64,000 nucleotides of DNA, from contig OZ244960.1 in NCBI GenBank assembly GCA_965222605.1, positions 4,224,001 to 4,288,000 of the forward strand. The letters are read 5' to 3'. Each line of letters opens with the position of its first letter. The stretch's first letter is position 1. The stretch is from Candidatus Latescibacterota bacterium (GTDB taxonomy: Bacteria; Latescibacterota; UBA2968). The position numbers were made by a program, and so were the translations under genes. Positions 29,934 to 38,325 of the stretch are shown here, piece by piece. The notes under the pieces were generated by a model, which made no database searches, was not told the DNA's origin, and saw nothing but the letters and a program-made list of their open reading frames with translations.

Positions 29934-31196
29934 TTATTGAATAAATTCTTCAGCTATTGGATCGCGCGAGGTGTCGGGGACGCTGTGTTGCAGGCCAATG
30001 CTGTCTTGTTGTGTTGAGACTTCAAAATCGACGGGCAGGTCAATGCGAAAAACCGCGCCTGCACCCGGCCGGCTGATCACGCGCAGTGTGCCGCGGTGTG
30101 CCGCGGCAATGCGAGAGCATATACTCAGCCCATATCCATTGCCCCGTTCCCGCGTTGAAAATCCGGGGTCAAATATGCGGGTTTGCAAATTTTCGGGAAT
30201 GCCGGGGCCATTGTCTTCCACTTCAATATAGACCGAACTGCGTTCTGTATCGGCGCCGACCTGTACTGTCACCTTGCCAGTATCTTCAACGGCTTCGATG
30301 GCGTTGAGGGTCAGGTTTGTGACGGCTTCAGATAACATGCCTGCGTCCGCTTTTACCTGAGGTACATGAGGTTCGGCGGCAAAGGCGAGTTCTTTTGTCC
30401 CTGCTCGTGCAGAGAGTTTATGGGTCATCTTTGCAATGAGTTGGGGGACATCGACCAACGCGGGGTTCATGGTGTCTTGTTTCATAGACCGCAAGTAGGC
30501 GACCCATTGGTTGTAGATGTGTTCTTGTTCGTGTGCGATGTCTTTTAGATCATCCAGGCCGTCGGTATTTGGAGGTAAATTGCGTATGGCGCGGCGCATT
30601 CGGCTGCCGGAGAGACCCATCAGGTTTTTGATGCGGTGGCCGTGCGTGTAGAGGCTTTCATAGACCTGTGCGCGGCCCAGGTCTATGAGTTCGAGAGAGA
30701 GCCGCGCGAGAATGCCCGGTGCTCTAAGGCCAAATTCTTCGGTGATGCTTGCATATTCGCGTTCCATTTGTGTCGAACTCATGTGGTGAAAGAGCAATCG
30801 GGCGAGATTGCCATAGGGCAGCATGTAATCGGGTTCGAGATGTATGGCGATTTTAAACTCGCCAAGTGCCGATAAAATTTGCCCATTTTGCATGAGCAAA
30901 ACGCCCAGGTTGTTGTGCCCGGGCGCAAAGAGTGGATCGGCTTCTAAACCCCGGCGGTAAACGGCAATGGCTCGATATGTGTTTTCCGGAAAGTCATCGA
31001 GCAGGCTGCCCAACAAAAAACAGACGCGATCAATGAGGGCATGGCCCTCGCCCTGGTCACTGACAGTTAGGATGTATTCGAGGTGTTCAACCGCTTTTTT
31101 GTAGTCGTCCGAACCCGGTGTTGCCCTGCGTGCGTGTTGCAGGGCTATTTGGAAACGGGATTCCAGGTCGGGGGTTGTGTTCAGGGTGTTGGCCAT
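29934..31196 (-). CDS. Cytoplasmic TPR-containing sensor histidine kinase
   Basis: TPR helices (A...HNNLG.LL...G....A..EF..AI.L.P), H-box HRIKN, N box NL..NA, G1 DNGPGI, F box, G2 G.GLS. No TM segment. Confidence 0.85.
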   Translation of the reverse strand: MANTLNTTPDLESRFQIALQHARRATPGSDDYKKAVEHLEYILTVSDQGEGHALIDRVCFLLGSLLDDFPENTYRAIAVYRRGLEADPLFAPGHNNLGVLLMQNGQILSALGEFKIAIHLEPDYMLPYGNLARLLFHHMSSTQMEREYASITEEFGLRAPGILARLSLELIDLGRAQVYESLYTHGHRIKNLMGLSGSRMRRAIRNLPPNTDGLDDLKDIAHEQEHIYNQWVAYLRSMKQDTMNPALVDVPQLIAKMTHKLSARAGTKELAFAAEPHVPQVKADAGMLSEAVTNLTLNAIEAVEDTGKVTVQVGADTERSSVYIEVEDNGPGIPENLQTRIFDPGFSTRERGNGYGLSICSRIAAAHRGTLRVISRPGAGAVFRIDLPVDFEVSTQQDSIGLQHSVPDTSRDPIAEEFIQ

Positions 31197-31218
31197 GGCT
31201 GTACTTGCGCGTTTTAGA

Positions 31219-32739
31219 CTATGTCTGTGCGTCTTCTGAGGTATCGGATTTGCCGTTTTCCCCGGAGGCTTGTTCGCCGCTCATTTTGCCCAAAAATTCG
31301 GGCAATTCAAGCCCGGCCAGACGCGCCAGATCGTGCATGGGCGGTATGGCACCCATGAGGCGTTGTCCCAGGTTGGACATGCCACTGTCGCCATTGCCGC
31401 TATCCCAGACCATCACTTTGTCGATGGGCAAGTTGCTAATGGCTTCGGCCTGGATGTTGGCGACTTCGGTGAGGCGTTCGATGATCAGGAAGGCCGCTGC
31501 TGCCTGGTCTTTGTTACCACAGGCTTCAACGAGTTGTCTGTATCCTTCGGCCTTGGCGTTGAGTATGGCCTGAGTCCCCTGGGCTTCGGCCTGTTTTTGT
31601 GCGAGAATGGCAGCGGCTTCACCCTCGGCAACAAGGCGTCGCTGTTCTTTTTCGGCTTCTGCTTGGACGACCTGGCGTTGCTTTTCGGCTTCTGCTTGAA
31701 CGACGATTTCTGCGCGTAAGCGCGCTTCTTCGCGCAGTGCCCGGGCTTCTTCGGCTACTTTTTCTGCGATTTCCTGGGCGACGCGAACGGCGCCGTCAGT
31801 GGCTTTGGTCGCTTCTTCTGCTTTTCGGCGCGCTTCTTCTTCTGCAACGCGTTGTCCTGCGCGATAGCCGGCTGTTTTTGCTTCTGCTTCTGTTTCTGAT
31901 TGTACGGCTTCGGCTTCGAGAGCCGCGACATTTTGGCGTTTGTCTCGCCCGGCTTTAGCTTCGCCAATTTCAGCTTCTGATTCGAGTGCTGCGACTTGTC
32001 GTCGTCTGTTTCGCGTTGCTTGGGCTTCGCCGATGTCGGCCTCTGACTCGGCTGCGGCGACCTCCCGACGGCGATCGCGTGCGCGTTCGGCTACACCAAC
32101 CTGACCATGCCTATCTTGTTCGGCCACGTCAATGGATGCCTGGTTGATGGCTTCGGCTGCTGCTTTTTGGCCGATGGCTTTGATGTAGCCGCTTTCGTCG
32201 TCGATGTCTTTGATGTTGACGTTGATAACAGAGAGGCCAATTTTTTCCATTTCGGTGGAGACGGCTTCATTTACTTTGGCCATAAATGCCTGCCGGTCCT
32301 GGTTGATTTCTTCAATTTTCATGGTTGCAATGACTGCGCGCATCTGGCCGAGGATGATGTCTTGTGCCTGGCTTTGAACTTTTTCGCGGGATAGGCCCAG
32401 GAGGCGGATGGCCGCGTTGTGCATGATGCCGGGTTGATTGGAGATGGCTGCTGTGACTGTGGTGGGCACGGATACGCGGATGTTTTCCTGTGAAAGCGCG
32501 TTGTCCAGGTCGATGGGCACGACAAAGGGTTCGAGGTCGAGGTACTCGTAGTCCTGCAATAGGGGCAGGACAAAAGCTGCGCCACCGTGTACACATTTTG
32601 CGGCTGTGCCACCTCCTGTTTTGCCGTAGATGACGAGAATTTTGTTAGATGGGCAGCGCTTGTAACGCGAGATGAATGTGAGGAATAGCAGAAGTACGAC
32701 GGCTGCCAGGATGACGGTGAGAATGAATTCGGTGGGCAT
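31219..32739 (-). CDS. Flotillin/SPFH (band 7) family protein
   Basis: N-terminal TM, RYKRCPSN.ILV.YG, SPFH domain and AEA-rich coiled coil with three 22-aa repeats. Start MPTEF after a GGAGG RBS. Confidence 0.92.
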   Translation of the reverse strand: MPTEFILTVILAAVVLLLFLTFISRYKRCPSNKILVIYGKTGGGTAAKCVHGGAAFVLPLLQDYEYLDLEPFVVPIDLDNALSQENIRVSVPTTVTAAISNQPGIMHNAAIRLLGLSREKVQSQAQDIILGQMRAVIATMKIEEINQDRQAFMAKVNEAVSTEMEKIGLSVINVNIKDIDDESGYIKAIGQKAAAEAINQASIDVAEQDRHGQVGVAERARDRRREVAAAESEADIGEAQATRNRRRQVAALESEAEIGEAKAGRDKRQNVAALEAEAVQSETEAEAKTAGYRAGQRVAEEEARRKAEEATKATDGAVRVAQEIAEKVAEEARALREEARLRAEIVVQAEAEKQRQVVQAEAEKEQRRLVAEGEAAAILAQKQAEAQGTQAILNAKAEGYRQLVEACGNKDQAAAAFLIIERLTEVANIQAEAISNLPIDKVMVWDSGNGDSGMSNLGQRLMGAIPPMHDLARLAGLELPEFLGKMSGEQASGENGKSDTSEDAQT

Positions 32740-32755
32740 TGTGCCTCCTTTAAGT

Positions 32756-33361
32756 TCAGGATTGAATGGGTTCGACTTCAACGGTGGTTATGTCGAGTGT
32801 TCGCAGCACGCGAACCGGTGTCTTATTCTGGACGGGCTGCCCGTCTTTGCTGCGCGCAGAGATGTAGTTAACAGCACCACTTTCCATCACGCGGATTTGA
32901 CCGGCGCCATTTTCGGGGATGTCCATATAGACTTCGCCTTCATTGCCAATACAGGACGATAGGTTTCGGTTATGCGATTCGGAGAGTTGCTGCACTTTGT
33001 AGAAGAAGTAGGCAACCAGGACCATCCCCGCGCCGCCCCATACGAGACCGCGAAGAACCGACTCTTCGATTGAGAGACCCAGGTCGAGGTAGAGTGCGCT
33101 GGCCCATCCAAAGAGCATGCCAAAGGCTATTACAGAACGCAGTGAGAGCAGTTGAAAGGTGGCGGCACCGTGATCATAAGGACTATTATCGACATCTGGT
33201 CCTGCATCGTTGGCATTGAAGTCGTCGGCAAGGCCATCTGCGGAATCACCCAGGCCGATGAGTGTCGTGATAAATTGCCAGAGAAACAAAAGGGTGAAGA
33301 AGACTGCACAGCCATAGAATGCCTGAGTGAGAGGCGCGAGTTCTGACCACCATGCCTGCAT
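32756..33361 (-). CDS. NfeD/YqiJ-like membrane protein (flotillin partner)
   Basis: TM segments plus C-terminal OB-fold pattern IG..G.VY..IP....GQI.V. Lies directly upstream of the flotillin gene. Confidence 0.8.
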   Translation of the reverse strand: MQAWWSELAPLTQAFYGCAVFFTLLFLWQFITTLIGLGDSADGLADDFNANDAGPDVDNSPYDHGAATFQLLSLRSVIAFGMLFGWASALYLDLGLSIEESVLRGLVWGGAGMVLVAYFFYKVQQLSESHNRNLSSCIGNEGEVYMDIPENGAGQIRVMESGAVNYISARSKDGQPVQNKTPVRVLRTLDITTVEVEPIQS

Positions 33362-33461
33362 ATTAACCTCCAGAAATCGGACCGAAAGTTGCGCGTTCTA
33401 TCAACGACCTTTATGTTCCTACAATTTGTCTATGCAAAGAGCGAAAAGCAAGGGTTATTTC

Positions 33462-34052
33462 TTACCCGGGCTGTAAACCGAGTTTGCGAAATTCATTTTT
33501 GAGTTGGCGGCGGGCGCGGCACAGCCAGGTTTTCACGGTTCCAAGCGGAACGCGAAGCGCCTGTGTGATTTCTTCGTAGGACCAGTCCATGACGTAGCGC
33601 AGCCACATGGCTTTGCGATAGCGTTCGGGTAAGTTTTGAATGCTTTTGTGGACCAATTGTATGCGTTCGCGTTTTTCGACTATTTGGTCTGGTAGCGTGC
33701 CGGGTATGAGGTCGCGGATGACGTTGTGTACGACTTCGGGGTCTTCGGTTTGACGGACCCAGTTTTGCCGAACTTGCTGCGAACGCAGGTGCGAGCGATA
33801 GACGTTGAGGGCAATTTGTGTGAGCCAGGTCGAAAATGCTGCTTTGCCTTTGAATGTGTGGAGCGAGCGATAGGCGCGAAAAAATGTGTCTTGCATCAGG
33901 TCGTCAATGGTGTCGCGGTCTGACATGCGCTGCGCGAGGGTGCCGTAGATTTGATTCTGGTATTTGTGGTAGAGTTTGTCAAAGGCTCGGCTGTCGCCCG
34001 AGAGGGATGCGCGAATCAGGTTTTGATCCTGTGTTTTCACTTTTTTCTCCAT
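33462..34052 (-). CDS. ECF RNA polymerase sigma factor
   Basis: GD..AF..LY, DL.QDTF.RAY..L..F.G...FSTWL..IA.N, region 4 SY.EI...L.VP.GTVK..L.RAR. Confidence 0.93.
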   Translation of the reverse strand: MEKKVKTQDQNLIRASLSGDSRAFDKLYHKYQNQIYGTLAQRMSDRDTIDDLMQDTFFRAYRSLHTFKGKAAFSTWLTQIALNVYRSHLRSQQVRQNWVRQTEDPEVVHNVIRDLIPGTLPDQIVEKRERIQLVHKSIQNLPERYRKAMWLRYVMDWSYEEITQALRVPLGTVKTWLCRARRQLKNEFRKLGLQPG

Positions 34053-34110
34053 TCGTTAAGATGATTTGTTTATTACTATTCTTTGGCTTGTGACAAGACG
34101 GATTTTTCCG

Positions 34111-34284
34111 TCAGTCTTCTCTTTTGATCAAGCGATAACCGATCCCAATACATATAACGGCGATGGCGAGTTTGACCAGGAGAAAGATTAGCCCAAATAG
34201 AGAGCCGATGAGCGGGAAGAGAATCTGGATGGCGAAAATGCCGCCGATGACGATGAGTACGATGCCGATGAGTTTGGCCAACAT
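34111..34284 (-). CDS. Small 2-TM membrane protein (57 aa), PspG/LiaI-like
   Basis: Below the ORF-track cut-off. MLAKLIGIVLIVIGGIFAIQILFPLIGSLFGLIFLLVKLAIAVICIGIGYRLIKRED*, with an AAAGGA RBS upstream. Confidence 0.75.
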   Translation of the reverse strand: MLAKLIGIVLIVIGGIFAIQILFPLIGSLFGLIFLLVKLAIAVICIGIGYRLIKRED

Positions 34285-34322
34285 GGGATGTCCTTTTTAT
34301 TTCTGAGGTGTGAGGTTGTCCG

Positions 34323-34685
34323 TCAATCCGAGATGGTCGGCGGAGGTGAAGATGACTTAACGGGTGAGCGGCCTTCGAGACGCTCAAGTTTGTCATCGTT
34401 GGTGATGACGATGTCTTGAAGGTCGGTGAGGCGGCTTTCAAGTTCTTTCACGCGTTTTGAAAGTTTTTCAGACAGGTTGTTGTTTTTTGTCGATCTGTTT
34501 CTTTTTTCTTGTTCTGATCCAAATGTGAATGTGATGGCAAAAAAGGTAATGAACGCCATAGCACCCCAGGCTGCTGCAAGGACGAGGCCTCCTCCAAATG
34601 TTGGGTCATGGAGAATATAGGCGACTGTACCGCTTGCAAGAGTCATCAAGCTAATACCAACTACGATTGTGAGAAAGATGCGCAT
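34323..34685 (-). CDS. Membrane protein with PspB-like C-terminal coiled coil (2 TM)
   Basis: GGAGG RBS and two TMs. Tail RVKELESRLTDLQDIVITNDDKL is shared with the two upstream ORFs. Confidence 0.7.
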   Translation of the reverse strand: MRIFLTIVVGISLMTLASGTVAYILHDPTFGGGLVLAAAWGAMAFITFFAITFTFGSEQEKRNRSTKNNNLSEKLSKRVKELESRLTDLQDIVITNDDKLERLEGRSPVKSSSPPPTISD

Positions 34686-34707
34686 GGTGCCCTCCCGATA
34701 GTTTAAG

Positions 34708-34929
34708 TTAGCGCGCAATAGGCGATCGGTTGAGTTTGTCGTCAATAGCAATTATGACGTCCTGAATGTCCGTGAGCCTGCGATCGAGTTCGTCCATTCT
34801 TGCATTCAAGCGTTCTTCCGCATTGCTGGGGATGGAGCCTTTGGTGCGGCGATCAATAAATTTGTGTACCGCTGATACAATGGCCCCTACAATGATGATC
34901 ATCAATATGCCGCCAATAACATCAGTCAT
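34708..34929 (-). CDS. PspB-like small membrane protein (1 TM + coiled coil)
   Basis: GGAGG RBS; N-terminal TM; ERLNARMDELDRRLTDIQDVIIAIDDKL. Confidence 0.75.
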   Translation of the reverse strand: MTDVIGGILMIIIVGAIVSAVHKFIDRRTKGSIPSNAEERLNARMDELDRRLTDIQDVIIAIDDKLNRSPIAR

Positions 34930-35080
34930 GGTATCCCTCCCTTATCTTCTGCTGAGTTTTTCGTCAATGGTGATCATGACGTCTTGAATGTCCGTGAGCC
35001 TGCGGTCGAGTTCGTCCATTCTGGCGTTTATGCGTTCTTCTGCATCGCTGGGGATGGATCCTCGGGTGCGGCGTTCGATG
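34740..35080. repeat. Tandem gene duplication (two ~115-bp near-identical segments)
   Basis: ATGACGTC(C/T)TGAATGTCCGTGAGCCTGCG(A/G)TCGAGTTCGTCCATTCT...GCTGGGGATGGA occurs at about 34754 and about 34976. Confidence 0.8.
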
Positions 35081-35139
35081 TATTTGTATGCCGCTGATGC
35101 GAGAATGATTATCGCAACCATGATTCCAATTTCAAACAT
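34942..35139 (-). CDS. PspB-like small membrane protein (1 TM + coiled coil)
   Basis: GGAGG RBS before ATG 35139; ERINARMDELDRRLTDIQDVMITIDEKL. Near-duplicate of 34708-34929. Confidence 0.75.
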   Translation of the reverse strand: MFEIGIMVAIIILASAAYKYIERRTRGSIPSDAEERINARMDELDRRLTDIQDVMITIDEKLSRR

Positions 35140-35160
35140 TATTTTTCCCTCCCACACATA

Positions 35161-35817
35161 TTAAAGTTCATCCACGGGTCTCGCGCGGTATTTTTCATCC
35201 CAGCGTTCGATTTCCGGAAAATGGTAAACGACCATTCCCGAATCTGAGATTCGCATTTCCGCATGACCACTTATGGTTAATTCTCGCAGGATTTCTTCGG
35301 TTTTTTCAACTGTTATTCTAGTGTCTGTCGCGGCTTCTATCACGGTGAGACTGCCCCCTTTTTCCCGGGCGAGACGGAGGATGCGGTGCTGATTTTTGGC
35401 ATGTGCTTTTTCGTCTCCCGATCTTTTGACCCGGCGACCTGCCCACCATATAATCTGAGAGATGATGATTAGCACGAGACCACCACTGAGTTTTTCAAGC
35501 ATTGTACTATTGCCCGAGGGGGTATATTCTACCAGTGCAATGAGTACGAGCATGAGGCCGCAAAATCCCATAAGTGCAGCCATTCCTATTAAACCATAAG
35601 CGAAGAGATAACGCATGGCACAACTCCCATCGGTGGCGAGATCAGAGAGGCGGTCGGGCACTCGCTTGAATGAATTGATTTGGAAATCGCTGCTCGCGCT
35701 GTGAACGCGCGCCTCCCAATTCCCCTTCCATTTCTTTTTTATTTTTCGCTCTGCGTCGTTGACCGCGCGGTCAATTTTGCTGGCGATTTCATCGGCGAGT
35801 TTTTCCAGGTCACGCAT
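35161..35817 (-). CDS. Membrane protein with N-terminal coiled coil, 2 TM and C-terminal winged-helix-like domain
   Basis: C-terminal ILRLAREKGG.LT..EAA....I......E.L.EL...G.....SDSG..VY.F pattern. Start overlaps the pspA stop. Confidence 0.7.
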   Translation of the reverse strand: MRDLEKLADEIASKIDRAVNDAERKIKKKWKGNWEARVHSASSDFQINSFKRVPDRLSDLATDGSCAMRYLFAYGLIGMAALMGFCGLMLVLIALVEYTPSGNSTMLEKLSGGLVLIIISQIIWWAGRRVKRSGDEKAHAKNQHRILRLAREKGGSLTVIEAATDTRITVEKTEEILRELTISGHAEMRISDSGMVVYHFPEIERWDEKYRARPVDEL

Positions 35818-36487
35818 CTTTTTGTCCCATTTTCTGTTTCAGCGCATTGAGTTCGTCTTCTACTGTGCTTTTGCGCTCGAGTTTGGAAAATTCTTCTTCT
35901 AAAGAGGGGTCACCACTCGCCATCTCTTGATGGGCTTCGGCTTCGGCTTCTTCGGTTTCGATGCGCTGGCGGAACCGCTCAAAGCTCGAAAATGCGTCGT
36001 CACCCACCCCTGAGAGACCCCTGGCGATTTGCTTGCGGGCTTCGGCTGCACGGCGGCGTGCAATCAGGGTGCCCTGGCGGGTGCGAGCTTCGTCGAGTTT
36101 GACTTTGAGTTGGGTGAGTTGTTGCTTGAGTTGGGACGAGGTTTTACGGCTTTCTTCGAGGGCTATTTCAAGGTCGCGCGTGGCTTCCTGGGTTGCAGCT
36201 TTGCGCTCGAGGGCGCGGCGAGCAAGGTCGTCCTCGCCTGCTTCAACAGCCAATTCGGCTTTTTTTTGCCAGGCCTCGATCTGATCTTGTTTTTCGAGAT
36301 ATTGTCTTTCCAGACGTTTTTCATTGGCAACAGCCGTGCCGACCGAGGCGGTGGCTTTGTTGACGGCTTCTTCCATTTCCAGAATCATCTGGTGGATCAT
36401 TTTTTCGGGGTCTTCTGCGCGGGTAATCAGGTCGTTGACGTTGGCTTTGACGATGTCGGCCATTCTGTAAAAAATTCCGCGTGCCAT
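35810..36487 (-). CDS. pspA: Phage shock protein A (PspA/IM30)
   Basis: GIF.R..DIVKAN.N.LI..AEDPEKM..Q.I.EME, W..KA.LA...G.DDLAR.AL, F..FER, EL..LK motifs. Confidence 0.95.
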   Translation of the reverse strand: MARGIFYRMADIVKANVNDLITRAEDPEKMIHQMILEMEEAVNKATASVGTAVANEKRLERQYLEKQDQIEAWQKKAELAVEAGEDDLARRALERKAATQEATRDLEIALEESRKTSSQLKQQLTQLKVKLDEARTRQGTLIARRRAAEARKQIARGLSGVGDDAFSSFERFRQRIETEEAEAEAHQEMASGDPSLEEEFSKLERKSTVEDELNALKQKMGQKDA

Positions 36488-36557
36488 GATCTACTCCTTT
36501 CACAAGGTGCTGCATTTATGGGGGATTCTGATGTTTTTTGCTGACGCACCCTTTTTA

Positions 36558-36573
36558 TGCAAAGTCTGTGCCA
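36558..36573 (-). promoter_or_regulatory. Sigma54 (-24/-12) promoter of pspA
   Basis: Minus strand TGGCAC-AGACT-TTGCA matches the consensus with correct spacing, about 70 nt upstream of the pspA ATG. Confidence 0.88.
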
Positions 36574-36649
36574 AGAAGGGTATATGATATTAAATGTTGT
36601 TTTTCATATATATAGATGTTTTCGAGGAAATGGGATAGATCGATAAAGT

Positions 36650-36708
36650 TGGGAAAAATTACCATGTGTTCTGGCGAGATTAACCAAGTGTCTGTCCCAA
36701 ATTTTCCA
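36650..36708. promoter_or_regulatory. Putative upstream activator sites for the bEBP
   Basis: TGGGAAAAATTACCA (36650-64), TGGCGAGATTAACCA (36672-86) and GTCCCAAATTTTCCA (36694-708) are exactly 22 bp apart. An AT-rich spacer separates them from the sigma54 site. Confidence 0.55.
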
Positions 36709-36740
36709 TTTTTGATCGGATATTTTTAGAGGGTCCTATC

Positions 36741-36769
36741 TTGTCTTTTTCTTCTAAAAGGTCTATTAT
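36741..36769 (+). promoter_or_regulatory. Sigma70-type promoter for the LysM amidase
   Basis: TTGTCT-17 nt-TATTAT. Confidence 0.5.
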
Positions 36770-36836
36770 CTATCGGTTTGTCGCAAGTTGGTCTCAAATG
36801 ACATCACTTTTTCACCCTATATACTGAATTTTTATA

Positions 36837-38321
36837 ATGTTTCGATATATCCGAGTGTCTTTATTGGCCTGCTTCCTTTTGTCGTGTGCAGCACATGCGC
36901 CTGCTTTAACAGAGACTTATGTGGTGCAAAGAGGGGATTCTCTGTGGGAAATTGCCGATCAGTTTTCCATGAGTGTGACTGAACTCAAGCGGATCAATGG
37001 GTTGAGATCGCATCACATTTATCCCGGACAAAGGCTGCTCATTCGCTCACAGGGGCTTAGCATTCGCTCCTCCAGTGGAGTAGAATACGTGGTGAGAAGG
37101 GGGGATTCGCTCTCTAAAATCGCCGCGCGGTTTTCTATGAGTGTGACCGAGCTCAAGCGGATCAATGGGTTGAGATCGAATCAAATCTATCCCGGACAAA
37201 AGCTTCGCACTCGCGCTTATGTAGCGCAACAATCTCGCACTCGCACTTATACTGTGCAACAGCCTCGCACCCGTCCCTCTCTTAGCCATGTAGAAATGGA
37301 ATATGTGGTGAGAAGGGGGGATTCGCTTTCTAAAATTGCCGCGCAATATTCCATGGGCCTGACCGAACTCAAGCGGAGCAATGGCATCAGATCGGATCGC
37401 ATTTATGTGGGACAAAGGTTAAAGATACGGACTCGGCTGAAAAAGATCGCAATGGATAATGGACCGTATTATTTTTCTCGTCCCAAAGCCGCTGTGCAAC
37501 GCAGTCGGGGATATCGGGAAGTGCCCCCCAAAAAGCCGATTGAAGATTATAGGAATGCCCAAAATTTGATGGGCGTGTTTAATACAAATATTACTATGCG
37601 TCGAGATAGCAGATCACAGACGTTGAGAGGCTGGCGCATTGTGCTTGACCCTGGGCACGGGGGACGCGACCCGGGTGCTATTGTTTCCAATTTAGATGGT
37701 AACAACAGTTCGGTTTATGTGGTTGAAGACGAATTTGTTTACGATATTGCGTTGCGTTTGTACCAAAAGCTGAGGCTTGCAGGTGCCGAGGTGGAGATGA
37801 CGGTGATTAGTCCAAATCATCTCATTCGAGAAAATAATCCGCCGACGAGGACGTTTGTACACGAGCAAAATGAAGTCTATAACGATGCAAGTGTCAACAG
37901 AAGAAATAGTCTTTCGGTGCGTCCAGGGCTTCACAATATTGCGCAACGGGTGAAAATTGCCAACCGATTCTTTGCAAGGCGCGGGAAGACTCTATTTATA
38001 TCGCTGCATGCAGACAACAGTCCCAATCGCCCAAAAGGTCCGCTGGTTATTTATTGGAGCAGGCGGGGAAAGATTGATTCGCGGTCCCGGTCATTTGCGC
38101 GGATTATGGAAAGGGCACTTGATCTGCCAGATGTGCCGGCACAAATTGGTGGGCGCAATCTGGCGGTGTTGCGGGGCAATCTGGCGCAAGCAGAAATTCT
38201 GGTGGAGATACGCAATGTACACGATAAAGGCGAGGCCTGGGCGTTGCGATCTCACAAGATACGCGACTCCGACGCGGATCGAATTTTGCGCGGGATATTA
38301 AATTACGCGAAGAGGTATTAG
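36837..38321 (+). CDS. N-acetylmuramoyl-L-alanine amidase (Amidase_3) with three LysM domains
   Basis: Signal/lipoprotein-like N-terminus and three YVV.RGDSL..IA....M...ELKR.NG LysM repeats, near-identical at DNA level. LDPGHGG.DPGA, E, SLHAD and LVE motifs. Confidence 0.9.
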   Translation: MFRYIRVSLLACFLLSCAAHAPALTETYVVQRGDSLWEIADQFSMSVTELKRINGLRSHHIYPGQRLLIRSQGLSIRSSSGVEYVVRRGDSLSKIAARFSMSVTELKRINGLRSNQIYPGQKLRTRAYVAQQSRTRTYTVQQPRTRPSLSHVEMEYVVRRGDSLSKIAAQYSMGLTELKRSNGIRSDRIYVGQRLKIRTRLKKIAMDNGPYYFSRPKAAVQRSRGYREVPPKKPIEDYRNAQNLMGVFNTNITMRRDSRSQTLRGWRIVLDPGHGGRDPGAIVSNLDGNNSSVYVVEDEFVYDIALRLYQKLRLAGAEVEMTVISPNHLIRENNPPTRTFVHEQNEVYNDASVNRRNSLSVRPGLHNIAQRVKIANRFFARRGKTLFISLHADNSPNRPKGPLVIYWSRRGKIDSRSRSFARIMERALDLPDVPAQIGGRNLAVLRGNLAQAEILVEIRNVHDKGEAWALRSHKIRDSDADRILRGILNYAKRY

Positions 38322-38325
38322 GATA

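Noticed and set aside
36917-37420. Direct repeats as a CRISPR-like array
   Set aside because: They are in-frame LysM coding repeats, with no spacer pattern and no cas genes.
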